Assembly (NCBI RefSeq): GCF_964204865.1
Contig: NC_135261.1
Location: forward strand, 16,244,001 to 16,308,000
Direction of reading: 5' to 3'
From: Styela clava
Lineage: Eukaryota
DNA length: 64,000 nt
Part shown: in pieces, positions 13,601 to 26,900 of the stretch
How the letters are laid out: each line of letters opens with the position of its first letter
Numbering within the stretch: position 1 is the first letter of the stretch
Program-made: the position numbers and the translations under genes
Notes under the pieces: model-generated
Seen by the model: the letters and a program-made list of their open reading frames with translations, nothing else
Database searches by the model: none
Told to the model about the DNA's origin: nothing

Positions 13601-15675
13601 ATGTTTTAATTCAACAGTTTTATTACTTACTTTCCGTCAGCTTTATCCACAGTGTTTCGCGGCGTTGTGAGTCCTTGTTTATTGAAAGTAAAATCCGTAG
13701 ATCGGGATTTAAATGTGTTTTCTTTCCAAAGTCGTTTGGAAAATTTAAATATCTCCAAGTTTGTCACTGAAATAAAATGTGTTTTTTCATGTTTATGAAT
13801 GTACCCAAAAGAATGTGAAGACCAAAAATGATTGAGTTATAACCTATGAAGTACTAGGCTATATATTTATGAAGGATGATTCGAAATTTGTACTGATCCA
13901 AACACCTTGTTTCACATTGATGATAAAGCCGTATTTGTTTCCGGATACAGAAAGTCTGGAAATTAAATTTGAAAAATGTTTGTTGAAAACTTCTACTTCA
14001 AGGATGCGCAAAACGGCGCAAATAGGTCCAACAATGCCTTTTTTAATTTTCATCTCAATAGCCTTTAGTCCTATAGTAGGAGTGACTTGTGCTCGTAGTA
14101 ATGCCCAAGCGATTCAAAGGGATCTTATAGACGTGGCACGCACTCGCGTATGTTTCTGAAAATGAAAACTTGTTCACAGAAAAGCGCAACAGAGCAGTAG
14201 GTTATATTTTCGTTAAAATGTGACCAATTCATTCATCAGAGAACACTAGTATATTACAAATTAAAATTCGAACCAGGTATCATTTTAGTTATGCAGATTT
14301 GCTACACGCTGTAAGAAAGAGAAGTAGTCATCCGTCTTATAAACATAAGCATTATTGCTTCTTACCACAACTCCCATTTGTAAATGCGCATTTCTGACAT
14401 CTTTCTTTGTCTGGCAAATATATTTGACATTTTTCAGCGCACATGGTATTTAAATAGGTGAGAGATTTCAGTACTATATAAATAAAAATATTTTGTTTTG
14501 CTCCGTTCAATATCTTGAAATGAAATGAAACGAATGCTCATATATACATTGTCTTAAATAGGGGTGAGTAATCTTTAATACAAGAGGGCCAGATATAAAT
14601 AACCGAGTGAATCTGCGGGCCACACCTTTATTTCACATGGGCTTTCTAGTAGTTGCAACCACAATAATGTTGGTTATTGATCATATGGCATCCTTTGTTC
14701 GCACAAGCTAACTGTAAAAGTATTGTGGATTCATAGGCATAGATAAATTGGACTCAGGTATAGGCTTCGCAACGCAAATGGAGTGGTATCACTAGATTAT
14801 ACCCAGATTAAACTAAACATAGGGATAGATGATAAATTGGAGATTGGATGACTCGCACGTACCTATTTAAATTTAATTGGAAACTCGTATCGCTGGTCGC
14901 ACATCATTCGAAATAGGCACATCTCCGCGGGCCGCATAAATTTTCCTCGGGGGCGCGTTTGGCCCGCGGCCGCAGGTTGCACACCCCTAGTCTAAAACGT
15001 TTTTGGTCTAACAAGAATGATAGTATTTGTTGTAATTGTTGAGATTAAATGGATTTGTTGCAAAAACTAGTATAAGCTATGGCGCACTTGTTTATCAAAT
15101 ATTAGTTAATTTTCTAAGTTCAACTAGAGCTAACATCAAGAAGATTTTATAGAGCACACAATAGTCATAAAAATGCTTACATAGGTTGACACATTTCCAA
15201 GAAAACATCATTCCCATGGCAACAATCATCATATGCTATACATTGTCTATTGCAATGACAAGAAAATTTTTCGTCGATTTCTTCAAAACATCTGCCTTCA
15301 CAGCTAAAAGACTCTGTGTTATTTCCATCTAAGAAGGTTTCAATGTTAAGACAGGCAAAAATTTGTATTATTATTTTTTGCGTATATTTGATACTGTGTT
15401 TTATTTTCAAACGCATTTAACATCAATTTACAAAATGGGACCGCTTTTGATATTGAGCTTAATATTGACCAGATAAACTTATTCCAAACTTGTGATGACT
15501 TACATAGCGAGCATTTTTATTTGGACATTTACTTGCCTTCTCTTTCCATAAGTCAAGCATTCTTACAGTTGTAAAAAATATTACACATACCTTGACAATT
15601 GCCTTGCCCAACGAATGCACAAATCAGGAACACGCAAATCAACACAACACTATTCCTAAAATATATCCCGGTCAT
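10685..15675 (-). CDS. ENDOU: EndoU-family endoribonuclease paralog A (signal peptide + SMB + Cys-rich module + EndoU), 9 exons, 379 aa; one non-canonical splice acceptor
   Basis: Exons 15675-15591, 15328-15181, 14442-14366, 13766-13631, 13093-12894, 12015-11916, 11599-11461, 11184-11054, 10808-10685 (1140 nt, no internal stops). Motifs: hydrophobic N-terminus MTGIYFRNSVVLICVFLICAFVGQGNC, SMB CEGRC..CHCNRQC..DCC..C, LFDNYE, SGFEHIFIGE, GFHNW, WEGHRK, GTSPEWE. The exon-3 acceptor reads AT instead of AG (14443-14444). Confidence 0.88.
14559..14989. mobile_element. hAT-type MITE in EndoU-A intron 2
   Basis: Ends TAGGGGTG...CACCCCTA; GCGGGCC subterminal motifs; 8-bp TSD GTCTTAAA/GTCTAAAA (1 mismatch). 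Confidence 0.75.
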
Positions 15676-15985
15676 TATTTCTTCAAGAGATGCTTAAAGA
15701 TTTTATAAACTTATCATAATCATACTTCATAAATTAAGAGATTGTATATAGTTACTTTACGTATCATGCAACATATAGCCGCCTGGGGGCGTAACAGTCA
15801 AAAACATTAAATTGAAGTATAAATATAAAACAACTGGCGCGTGGAATGTTTTGCAATCATAAATATCAAAGTGATGATACAAAGAGATTTATATTTATTT
15901 TTAAAGAAAGAGTAAAATGTTTCTATTCAGCAGAGATTCTTTAGCCGTTTCATAATTTTTAATGATATTCACGGACCACCGACAC

Positions 15986-17640
15986 CAGCGTTTCTCAACC
16001 TTTTTCGGTCGCGGACTATTTTCTCACTGGCGAAAACCTTTGAGGACTCAACGTGAGTTTATTGCAACCGTACTCTGTGTGAAGAAGTAATAAAACCAAA
16101 CACAACAGAATTTTACCGAATTTCAAAATCGGAAATGCTACGCAATTACGCCTTTGTTAAAAGGGCCGACTTCTTTAGTGTATAAATGGCCTTTTCTGTC
16201 GCACAATATTCAATCCTTGACAATGACAATAATTTAAAATGTGTTCTTATTTTAATTTAATTGTGTTCATGGTCACTCGCGGTTGCGTTGACTTATGACA
16301 AGGTAAAAGCATTACTTCTTTTAAATGCCACGGCAATCTGCGAACATAATAATGTGAGAATATATTGACCGGTTATATTTAGTTTTGATATAAATTATTT
16401 GCGATCTTGCGAATTTGTTATCGCCGTTGGTCAACTTGATTTAGTGCTTATTAAAAATATAATTAGTATATTAGTAAATAAAAATAAAAAATATTTATCA
16501 CCTTGTATTAATATTAATTTAATTGTGATCATTTCAATCTGCGGTTGTGTTGACGAAATAAAAGCAATACTATTCCGAAAATATCATGACAATCCGTGGA
16601 CCCAAAAATGCGTGGTAAAGTGCCCGATTATATTTTGTTTTGATTCGTATTTTTGTGAATTCGACAAATCTGAGCTGTTCGTACAACAGCAAAGCCAGAA
16701 GTCGACAACATTTTGTCGCTCGCAGGTCAAAATTAAAGGTTGCAAGTCATTGTTTGGCCGCGCATATTATTGGAAAGTTAAAAGCCGGACGTATGGCCAA
16801 TGAATCACATTTTTTCACACAGATCAGAAGTTAAATTTTAAGCAGTGCCCGAAGACTGACCATTTAAATATTGAACCAATTGCACTTAGCGTTCAATTTT
16901 TCTGCGTTTTGTTGCCATTGAATGCCTAATTATAATTAATTTATAGGCTCATTCAACGAGTAATTGTGAATTATATACTTGATCGGTTATGATATAATTT
17001 AGTCTAAACGTGCCGCAAAATAAATTCTGTCACGTAAAGAATATAATCGTAAAAACAGCTGTTTTGTTACTATAATTCAGAGAAGCGTCGCGGGCCTGAT
17101 TATATTGCTCCGTGGGCCGTAGGTTGTGGATCCAGCAGTAAAGCAGGGAAATGCCCTGATACGAATACTAAGGTAGCACCCGAAATTTTGCATTTGCAAT
17201 GTCTAAAAAAGCGTATTTAAGAAACTTAGGGTGTTTCCAGTTTTATTTTCAGTATTTTGTATTGCCGCTTTTCAATTTAGAAAATTTAGGTTGCCACCAT
17301 TGACACCTACCAGAAAAATTATTCCTTGAACAACAACGACTAAATCCAATCGTTTAATTAAACGACGCGCAAGTGAACTGTCGCGTCACCTGTTACCAAA
17401 TTTTCGAATAATAAATTGCTATTCTAATACTTGAATATTCGAATATGTGCCAAGCCCTACTCATTCAGTATCCATAAATTATTGACTCGATTAATTTTAT
17501 ATGAATAAACTTGCTTTTTATGTTTTGTGTAAATACTAACGTAAATCGTGGCTGATGGTTGGGTTTCGCAAAAACGTTTGCGGCCCGCAGTGAATTTCTG
17601 GCTCGTTGCGGACTCATTCAAACGCTCCGCGGACTCACTT
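15986..17640. mobile_element. Nested or degraded hAT-like MITE remnants
   Basis: hAT-like start CAGCGTTTCTCAACC at 15986; end-like motifs GCGGGCC..GGCCGTAGGTTG near 17090-17136 and GCGGAC repeats near 17608-17640; internal direct repeat near 16255/16515. Boundaries uncertain. Confidence 0.4.
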
Positions 17641-17709
17641 GACCTACACAATACTTAAACCTATTTAGGAGACTGAACGACGACTATAGAAAGTAAAGTT
17701 TAATATATT

Positions 17710-19330
17710 AATATATACACTCTTCATCCCACAAGTTGAGTTGTTGGGAACAAAATGTTGCATTTATGTGCATTCCGTTCCTGAAAATGTCTTATTTCGA
17801 CAAAATTGACATAGGCGAAAAACGTGAAATTTAACAACTTTCGAACTACAACAGCATGTTTATCCGATTAAGAGGGGCGAGATATTATTAATGATAATTA
17901 TTTTAGTATATACACTCCTCATTCCACAAGTTGAGCTGTTGGGAACAAAATCTTGCATTTATGTTTAAACCGTTACTGAATATCGTCACGCTAATAACCG
18001 AATTGCGTAAGTCATTTTTGGCGATTTTGAGTTTTTTTTTTATAAATTAGGTATTTATGTGATACTGCGCACCTGTCTGTTAACTCAGATTTTATTTTAA
18101 GAATTCCGAAAACCATAAAAATGGAGATTTAATATAACATGCAAATTTGTTTCATTATTTCGTCATAATGAATTATCATTGTTACCGCAGGACTATTGTG
18201 ACGTCACGAACGCAAAATAACCACTGCGAAGTATTTTCGAGTTTTTGCATCTCGGATTCTAGCTTAGCGCGTATTAATTTGAATTTATACTACAGTATAG
18301 GAAGGCATACACTTGTGATATTCACTGTCCGAGTCCAATACACCTTGGTTGGCTTTTATATTGGGTGCATTGCTGTTTTATTCTTTATATTTAATCTTAG
18401 TCTTATTTCGGTTGGTGTGCAGATCGTGTTATATTGATGAAATATATATTTTTAAGCATAAAAAATAATGTAATTGAAACTGATTATCTATTTTGGGGAT
18501 TTAACATTGTAGATACTGAGAATTACATTCGTTTTTGAAATGTTTAGTTTTCAGGACTGGTGCATTTAGTAAAGTTGCAAAATTGCGTATGTCCCCAAGT
18601 CATAGACACATTTCTGCCTAAGTCACAGTGCGCCATTATGACGTCACTTAACTGTGTCATACAAATTAACTTGAATCCGGTCAAAAAATTGAACCATGGC
18701 AAATTATTGTCTCTCAATGGCGTAACAATATCATTAGGAAATTTTTTACGTTTTACTCAAAACTGCTAAAAATGACTTACGCAATTCGGTTATTAGCGTG
18801 ACGATATTGTCCTATTTTGTCAAATCGACAATACTGTAGGCGAAAAAACGTACAATTTTACAACTTTCAAACTATAATAGCATGTCTATTCGATTGAGAG
18901 AGGCGCAATTTTATTATTGAAAAATTTAATAGTATATATGTTGTACATCATACGAGTTGAAGTGTTGGAAACAAAATTTAGCAGTTATGTGTAATCCTAT
19001 ACTGAATATGCCCTAATTCGTAAAAATCGACATAGGCGAAAAACGTAAAATTACAAAACATTCAAATTACAACAGCATTTCTATTCGATTAAGAGGGGCG
19101 AGATTTTATTATTCATCTCACAGGTTGAGTTGTTGGAAACAAAATTTTGCATTTTATGGGTATTCCGTTATACTGAATATGCCCTATTTCGTCAAAACCG
19201 ACATAGTCGGAAAACGTGAAATTTCACAACTTTCAATTTACAACAGCATGTCTAAACGATTAAGGGGCGAGATTTTTCATTATTGACAAATAATATAATA
19301 ACACAAGTTGAGATGTTGGGAACAAAATTC
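17710..19330. repeat. Tandem array of ~195-bp diverged units (about 4.5 copies), interrupted by a TIR element
   Basis: Recurring AGTTGAG..GTTGG.AACAAAA..GCATTTATG..GACATAGGCGAAAAACGT..AGCATGT.TAT.CGATTAAGAGGGGCGAGAT near 17730, 17925, 18950, 19120 and (partial) 19300. Confidence 0.85.
17984..18803. mobile_element. Non-autonomous DNA element with ~36-bp TIRs (copy 1)
   Basis: TIR CGTCACGCTAATAACCGAATTGCGTAAGTCATTTTT at both ends, flanked by ATAT on both sides; second copy inverted at 43781-44570. Confidence 0.88.
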
Positions 19331-20998
19331 ATTATTGAAATATCAGAATTATGTAACAAATTTAACGGTGGCGCCTGATTCTCATCAAATAATAAACTTC
19401 TCATTGATGATATGTGCATGACTGGTGTGAGCAAAATGCATTTTTTAATTGCCACTCTTTTCGTTATCAACCACAATAACAAAATAAATAAATAAAATTT
19501 TGATACGACGAAATAAAAAGGTTGGTTGTATCCGCCGAACTGGCGAAATTCAGTAGTCAGTTAAAATGGTCCAACAGAGACATCTAGCGACAGAAACGTA
19601 ATTCATAAATTCACTCGTTGACGTTGATTATTCCCGCATTCGTCATTGGAACAAGTGCAGTTTCAAGTATTTCGTGGAGTCTAGAGCAGCCGCAAAACCA
19701 TGGCGGGATTTCCAAACCATGGCCGCTATGACCAAACCCACGGCGACTGATTTTTTTAGCTGCCACAAACCAATAGCGAGCTGCCGTGGTTACCCTGGTC
19801 ACCCTGATGGTGATAAATATAGGGTAAGTTGGAACACTTTTCTTATGAATACAATTTTGATGTATTTGGGGTTATGTTTAGGTTTAAGTAGATATAATTC
19901 CGCATGATAGACTAAAATATTGTACATGACTTTGTAAATATACCGGTAATAGCGCCATAAAACCATGGCAAGAGACGCCACGGTCACATACAATTGTCAT
20001 CGTGTTGATAAAATTCCACAAACTCTATCAACTCAGATGCTAGCAGGAGCTTAGGAATCAAATTTATGTTTAAGATATTATGTTGCGCTGTCACACTTTT
20101 GTTTGCCTATCTTCTGGACTATATTTATATTACTTTTGTTATCGTGTATTTGTTTTTTTATTTTGGTGGAATACAACACTCGTACTTGCTTTTTGATTTT
20201 TCTTGTGGTCAACCTAAGTGTCTCTTGTCGAATACGCCCCCGAGGCGCCTGTTAAAATGAATTCAAATACACATGATAATCTAGAAGTGTTACTTTGCAC
20301 GTATGTTTTAAATTACATTATATATATAGTTAAAAACTTCTTATTTAGATGTGCAGTAATAATATTCGTGTTAAGTTGGGTTGTAGTCTTTTGTCGATGA
20401 AAATAGAACGAATCTCAATCCGGTTTACGATTTGTTATTTCGCAATTGAACTCGGCCTGAAACAAAAATTGATTTCAAATATAATGATCTTGAGTTGTTG
20501 AAGTACCGAAGTAATGAGGTGTTGATGAAACTTTATTACATAGCAGCTGTAGCCTATATGACAACTCGTGAACACATAGAGTGGCAAATTGTGATGGATG
20601 CGTTCTAATGTTCAAAAACATGGTTTTAATCCGTTAAACAAATAATTTCTTGAGTGTTTGAACCGGATTCGTGTCAGAACCTCTTTGCATAAACACGCCA
20701 AAAAAGTACAAAAACTGATTATTAAAAATAGTCATACAGTAATAGTGGAGTGCAAGAAATTAATAGATTTGAAAATTTAAGTTATCAAAGGAATAGAATA
20801 AAGGAAATTAAAGAAGTGTTTGTTTTGTATTTAATTAAACTACCTTTATTGTGAGTTAATTTACGTTCTAATTTCAATCTACCATGTGTTCCTTCGAAAT
20901 AGATTTAAAAACCATTCATTTCGCAGAAAAATTATTAGCCAGTAGGATTCCAAGAAGCTACTTTAAATTATTCTTTATTGTTTCAGTGAATAAGGTTG

Positions 20999-23900
20999 AT
21001 GGCGTATATTATGAATAGCTTCGTACAGATTTTCATCTTCTTGATTTGTAGTTTCGTTGGGCAAGTCATTTGTCAAGGTATGTGTAACATATTACGAATT
21101 CGTTCTATGAGAGAAATATATAATTTAGGGCGTTGAAGATTGAACAACATATATTGCATAATAATGAACTCCGTTCACCACATCTTGATCTCATGATGAG
21201 TTCTTTTGCGTGATATACGGTCTATCTACAACCAATATCATATTTATATGTACCTAACTCAATATACAAATACAATCATTCAAGTTATGTATCGTACAGC
21301 AAATCGACTTCATGTAATAAATGTATGACTGTGTGTCTGATCTATATGTGATTGGCTGTGTGCGTACTGTTGACTAAACCACGTTTCCAATCCTATTGCT
21401 TATTTTTTGTCAACGTCTATATATATGACTGCATTTTTTTTTATCTTGCCGTGATTCCAGGTGGAAGCGTTACAGATTTGGTGGGTTGCGAAGGTAGATG
21501 TTTTAGCAGATACAACAGTTCGTTTCCATGTCAATGCACTAAACGATGCATAGCGCACGAAGATTGTTGTGTCGGAAATAATGGTTACCTTAAAACATGT
21601 CAACCTATGTAAGTGAAATTAGGAAAATATATTAGTTTCTATAAGTTAGATTTCCAAGTCCAAATATAGAGTCTCTTGCCATGTTTTTATGGTAAGATAA
21701 ATAAATTGCAAAGATGGACTGACATCTATTGTTGTGTCGAAAGCTTCAACTATATTTAAATTTTTGGAATGAGCATTTGTTCAGTTTTGACTTATGGATT
21801 ATGACCGTGCTGATGGAGAAAACTGGAATTTTTTGCATTTATAACTTTAATCCGACACGACTATTGGATATGAAGTTGACCTATAGATTATTTTGTTATT
21901 AATGTGTTGTTGTTATAAGGCTATTACCAAAATTTGTTTTTCTTTAGATTTCATATTTGTTCCTCTTCGTGTCCATATACTTAGCATTTCTCCTTTGTTT
22001 CAGGTGCGCTGAAAAATGTCAAATTTATTTGCCGGACAAAGAAAAATGTCAAAAGTGCGCATTTACTAATGGGAGTTGTGGTAAGACGGCATATTGCGAT
22101 AATATATATTACATACAATGAAAAATGAGAATAGATATGTGCAAAAAACAAAGAAGTGGGAATATAAAGCCAATCGATAAGATCGGCAGATTGAGGCAAA
22201 GTGGGCTTATGCTGTGCTTCAGTCGTTCCTACTCACATTACCTATAATGAAACTTATTTTATTTCAGTGACAAACAAAGAGATATTTGAATTTTCTAAAC
22301 GATTGTGGAAAGAAAATACATTTAAACCTCGATCTACGGATTTTGTTATAAATAAACAAGGTTTTACAACTGACAAAAACACGACAGATAAAGCTGATGA
22401 AAAGTAAGTTGTAATCGTTGAATGATAACATAATATATATATATATAAATTCTGTACCAATTTCAGTGTTTTAAGCTTATTATTAGCTATAGGGTCAGAA
22501 GTAAACAAAATGAAATCAAAGTTGGTTTTTAATTACTATATTGTGATTTCTTTCTCGTTGATTGTATATGACTGCGATGTTTTCCTTCAACACTTTAACT
22601 TTCTTCTAGTTTCAAGTTCAGATCGTGTACATTGTACAGCATTGCTCTAAATATATTTCTTAATTAGCCCATTCAAGTAGCCAAAAGATACATTAATTGT
22701 TTAAAACGCTTGAAGCAATTTCTATTTAAAGTTATTCGTTATGTTGTTGTGTATTCTTATTTATTCCCATTCATTCACATCATTTGAGAACAAATTGAGT
22801 CTTTTATTAAAAGTGCTCATAAGCGTGTACATTTGAAAAAAATAGGAAACTTATCAAAAATACTCAAATTAAAACATCATTTATCAATATCAAAATTTTG
22901 CGTTAAAATCTGTGAATAATGTGTGGCCATGTGCGTGCATGATTCAAAATTTTTACCCGATTTTATTTGGATTTTCTAAAGTCCAAATAGGTATAATAAG
23001 TGTTTGGAAATGCAAACTAATAAAATCTGGTCAGCCATATAGAGGTATAGATGACCTTCGTGTTGAATGATAAGAAACAAGAATAAACTTCCCTAACGAA
23101 AATACAATCACATCTAATCATGCTAACCTTTGCCCTTTACTTTAGTCATTGTCTTTTTGGGGGTCTGATTGATTATTATGAATTTATCGAAAAACATTTT
23201 TAACTTTCAACAGATTATTCACCTATGTAGATGAATCCATTCTGCAACTAGAGTCATTTCAAAAACTCATTGCTTTGTTTGACAATTATGAAAAATCATT
23301 AGGAATAGATGAATCCTTCATAAACAACAAGAAGAAGGAACAAAATGATTTCATCAACTTTGTTCTGAGAACGCCAGTTGGAAAAGCTCTACGACAATTT
23401 TTATTCAAACATGGTAAGTTTTAGAATAATTATGAAATAAAGGATGATGATTGCTTTCAGGACACGAAATGTACATTTAGATCGTTTTGTATTATGTTGT
23501 TGTTGTTAGTCATTCTTATCTTCTTATGGTTTTGAAAAAAAATGATTTATTCATCAATTACCGGACCAATTGCTTTAAAATTTTCAGTGGTCAAAGATTG
23601 TATTACATTTATTCATTTCAAAAAGTTCTGTGGGTCTATGAAAATTGTTATGTGCGCGATAACCTCATCACGCTTGATTGATTGAGATTTTATCAAATAT
23701 GATTGAATAACCAGATTTAAACTTTTGATAATTCAGTATGACATAACCAATGCCATCCGACTTGCTTAAACGTGACCACACAAACTACAACCCAGTGTAC
23801 TTAAATAGTTGGTTTTTAATTTACCACAGGCTTGTCAGGATGTGGCAGGACAAGCGATTTTAAAAATATTTTACGAAAAATTTGGTTTGAAAATTTTTCA

Positions 23901-26900
23901 AGAAAAAAAGGAGCTATGGATACGAGTGGGTACGTAGTTCGTAAGCTACTGAGTATTTTTACAGACTTTGAGATGAGACTGTAAATGGATTTCCAATTAC
24001 TTTAGCATGATAAAAATCGCATTTTCTTCAAATAATTTTGACTTGAATTTATCAAAAGTGTAACCAATATAATGCTCGCTCAACCAATCATCTTGTTAGC
24101 GAGTTTTCTATTCAGAACGGCAACAATTATTTTTAGGTTTGAACACGTTTTTCTTGGAGAACATTATAATAATAAAACAAGCGGTTTCCATAACTGGGTG
24201 AGATATTATCTTCTCGAGAAAGACGAGAAAATTAACTATATGGGCCACTTGGATACACCGGAAGACAACTTTGCGGTGAGAAATTAAGTTGTTCTGAGAT
24301 TCCGTTTTTTATATTGTTTTCCTTCTGGCTATGAAGGCTCGTTTTTTTTTGGCAAAAACATGAATTAAGATATATGAATGACATAGAAAATTAGGTTTCC
24401 GTACCGTAACTATCTTTTTTATATCGAAAGTTATAGATATAATATGATAGGATTTACATATTTATCTCGGCGGAGAGGAAAGCCGATAAGGCGGCTTAAT
24501 CACATGGCAAACCACGGCCTCTCGTCCGGTTACCAGTCCATGTCGGGTATAGGATTAGTTAGCCCGGTATTTGTTTTCAGAAGCATGGACTTGGTGGTAG
24601 AGGAAGCCGTAAATAATGTTAAATGAGACAGCAGTTGACAATGTTAACTTCATTGCCTATTTTAAACACATTTATCAATAAAAAATCCTCTAAAGGTTGC
24701 ACTATTAGAGTATAAATCATATCTCGTGAGAAGGTTTTCACAATGTCCATCAAAATTCAAACTTCATTGACCAGCTGCTGATGTAGACATTTAAAGCTCT
24801 TGGAATTGAATCGTTTGTCATTTGTATCTATTACTTCCATTTAAAAATACGAAAAGTTTAGGAATTTACTTCAAGGCTCTGTTAAAAATATTGCACTTAC
24901 CACTTGTCGCACTTTTACAATTCAAATATTTAAAAAAATCATAAATTTGCAAAGCAACCTGAATGTTTAATATTTATGTTATTAGTTTCAATCCAGCCAT
25001 CTTACAAACATTTATCTATGGGAAATTTTTTCACAGCCTGGAAGGCAACGATTGCAGTTTGTCTGGGAAGGACATCGCAAGCGTTTAACGTCATTCATTG
25101 TTGGGACTACTCCAGAATGGGAATTTAGCGTTATCACTTTATGCTACTTGACGAGGCCCGGCATGAGGTAGATTCTAATAATAGTAGTCAGCTCAAAGTA
25201 TTTTAGAAAGGAAAGAATAAACATATGCTAAATAAAAAAAATACTCAAGGATCTGTCCAATTTTATTACAAACACATTTTACAATTTTGTTATTTATTTA
25301 TTTAATTTCCAATTCGTCTCACGTTTGTGTAACAGTATACAGCCGTAGAATTTAATGAACTTTAGCTCACTGTTTCAGCAAGATTCACCTTCTCAAAGAA
25401 TACATATTACATTCGCCCATGCCATGGCATAGGATCTCAATTCCTAAGGGACAATACGTCTCAACTGAATATGTATCGCAACTCAGTGACACATGCCATT
25501 GATGATGCGTAGACAAATGTATTGCCAAAATCTCATTGCTCTATACAAGGACAACCGAAACAAGTATTAAATTATAGACCTATATCGATTCTCTCAGTTC
25601 TTCGAACAGAAGTATTCGAACGCACAAGAGATTAATGAAATTTTTTGTGAAGCACGATGTAATGAATAAATCACAGTTTCGCTTTCAAAGCAAACATTCC
25701 CGATCACATGCAATTTTAGATACGGTATCCCATAATATTAATAATAAATTGGAAGAGGAAGAAAGAATATTTTAGTGCAACATTTTTGGACTTTACAAAA
25801 GTCTTCGATACTGTCAATCACAAAATCCTAATTTAGAATCCGTGGCATTATGGTATTGGTGCGGTAACAAATCAACTCCTCATCAACTATGTATACTATA
25901 AGACTGATAGATTCCAATATGTTCAATCTTGTACATATTGCTCATATTCTTTGCTTGTAACCCACAAGGTTCTTGTTTATGAACCTCATTATTTTTAATC
26001 CTAATTAATGATCTTGCTCGTAGCTCCACATTATTTTCAAAATTGTTAAATAGAAAAATAGAAAATTGGATGGAACTTAACAAACTGACATTAAATGTTA
26101 ATAAATCAAAAACTATGCTGATAACTCCCAATAAGTACAAACATAAAGACTGTCTGAATATTCATATGAGGGGTAGAATTCTCGAAAATTCTCATTCGTT
26201 CAAATATCTTGGCATCCATATCGATAATAAAATGCACTGGGACATTCATATAAATAGCATCGTTGTTAAATTATCGAAGTCGGATGGAATGCCTTATAAG
26301 CGTCGGCGGTACACATCCATATTAATTTTACGTATGGTTACTTTGCCTAGTTGCAGACCCATATTCTGTATGGTATTGCAGCTTGGGGTTCAGCAAACAA
26401 CCCTTATTGCATCTAATTGAAATTATTCAAAACCAGGGTATTCGTGCTATTACTGATGCGGGACCTCGGCCAAATCAGAAAATATAATTGGTGAAAATTA
26501 AAGATATTTATAAAATTGAGGTAATGAAAATTATGCACCAGCATCATAATAAAGAGTTGTCTGTTGCACTGACTTGTTATTTTGTGAAACGAATGCAATT
26601 CACTCATATGCAACTCGGCTATTTTCCAATAAGCTCCCATTATGTGACTTGCTATTCTTCGAATTGTACTTGAAATTCCATGAAGTTCATTCAACTTTGG
26701 AATATGCTCTCTTTTGCAATTCGTTCCAAGAACTATATTTTATTTAAACAAGTATTGAAATGTTTTTTTTTATCTCGATGCTAATATTTCTCAGTGAAAA
26801 TCTAGTTGATAATTCTGCTTTCAACCTTGCTCTAACACTCGTCTAAAATGTATTCATGTATTGCTTTACCAACCCCAAACTTGGATTAACTGTTGCGGTT

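Noticed and set aside
14443-15180. U12-type AT-AC intron explaining the EndoU-A acceptor
   Set aside because: There is no ATATCCTT donor, and shifting the boundaries to AT..AC puts exon 3 out of frame.
17710-19330. CRISPR-like array
   Set aside because: Whole ~195-bp units are homologous with no unique spacers, there are no cas genes, and the DNA is eukaryotic.
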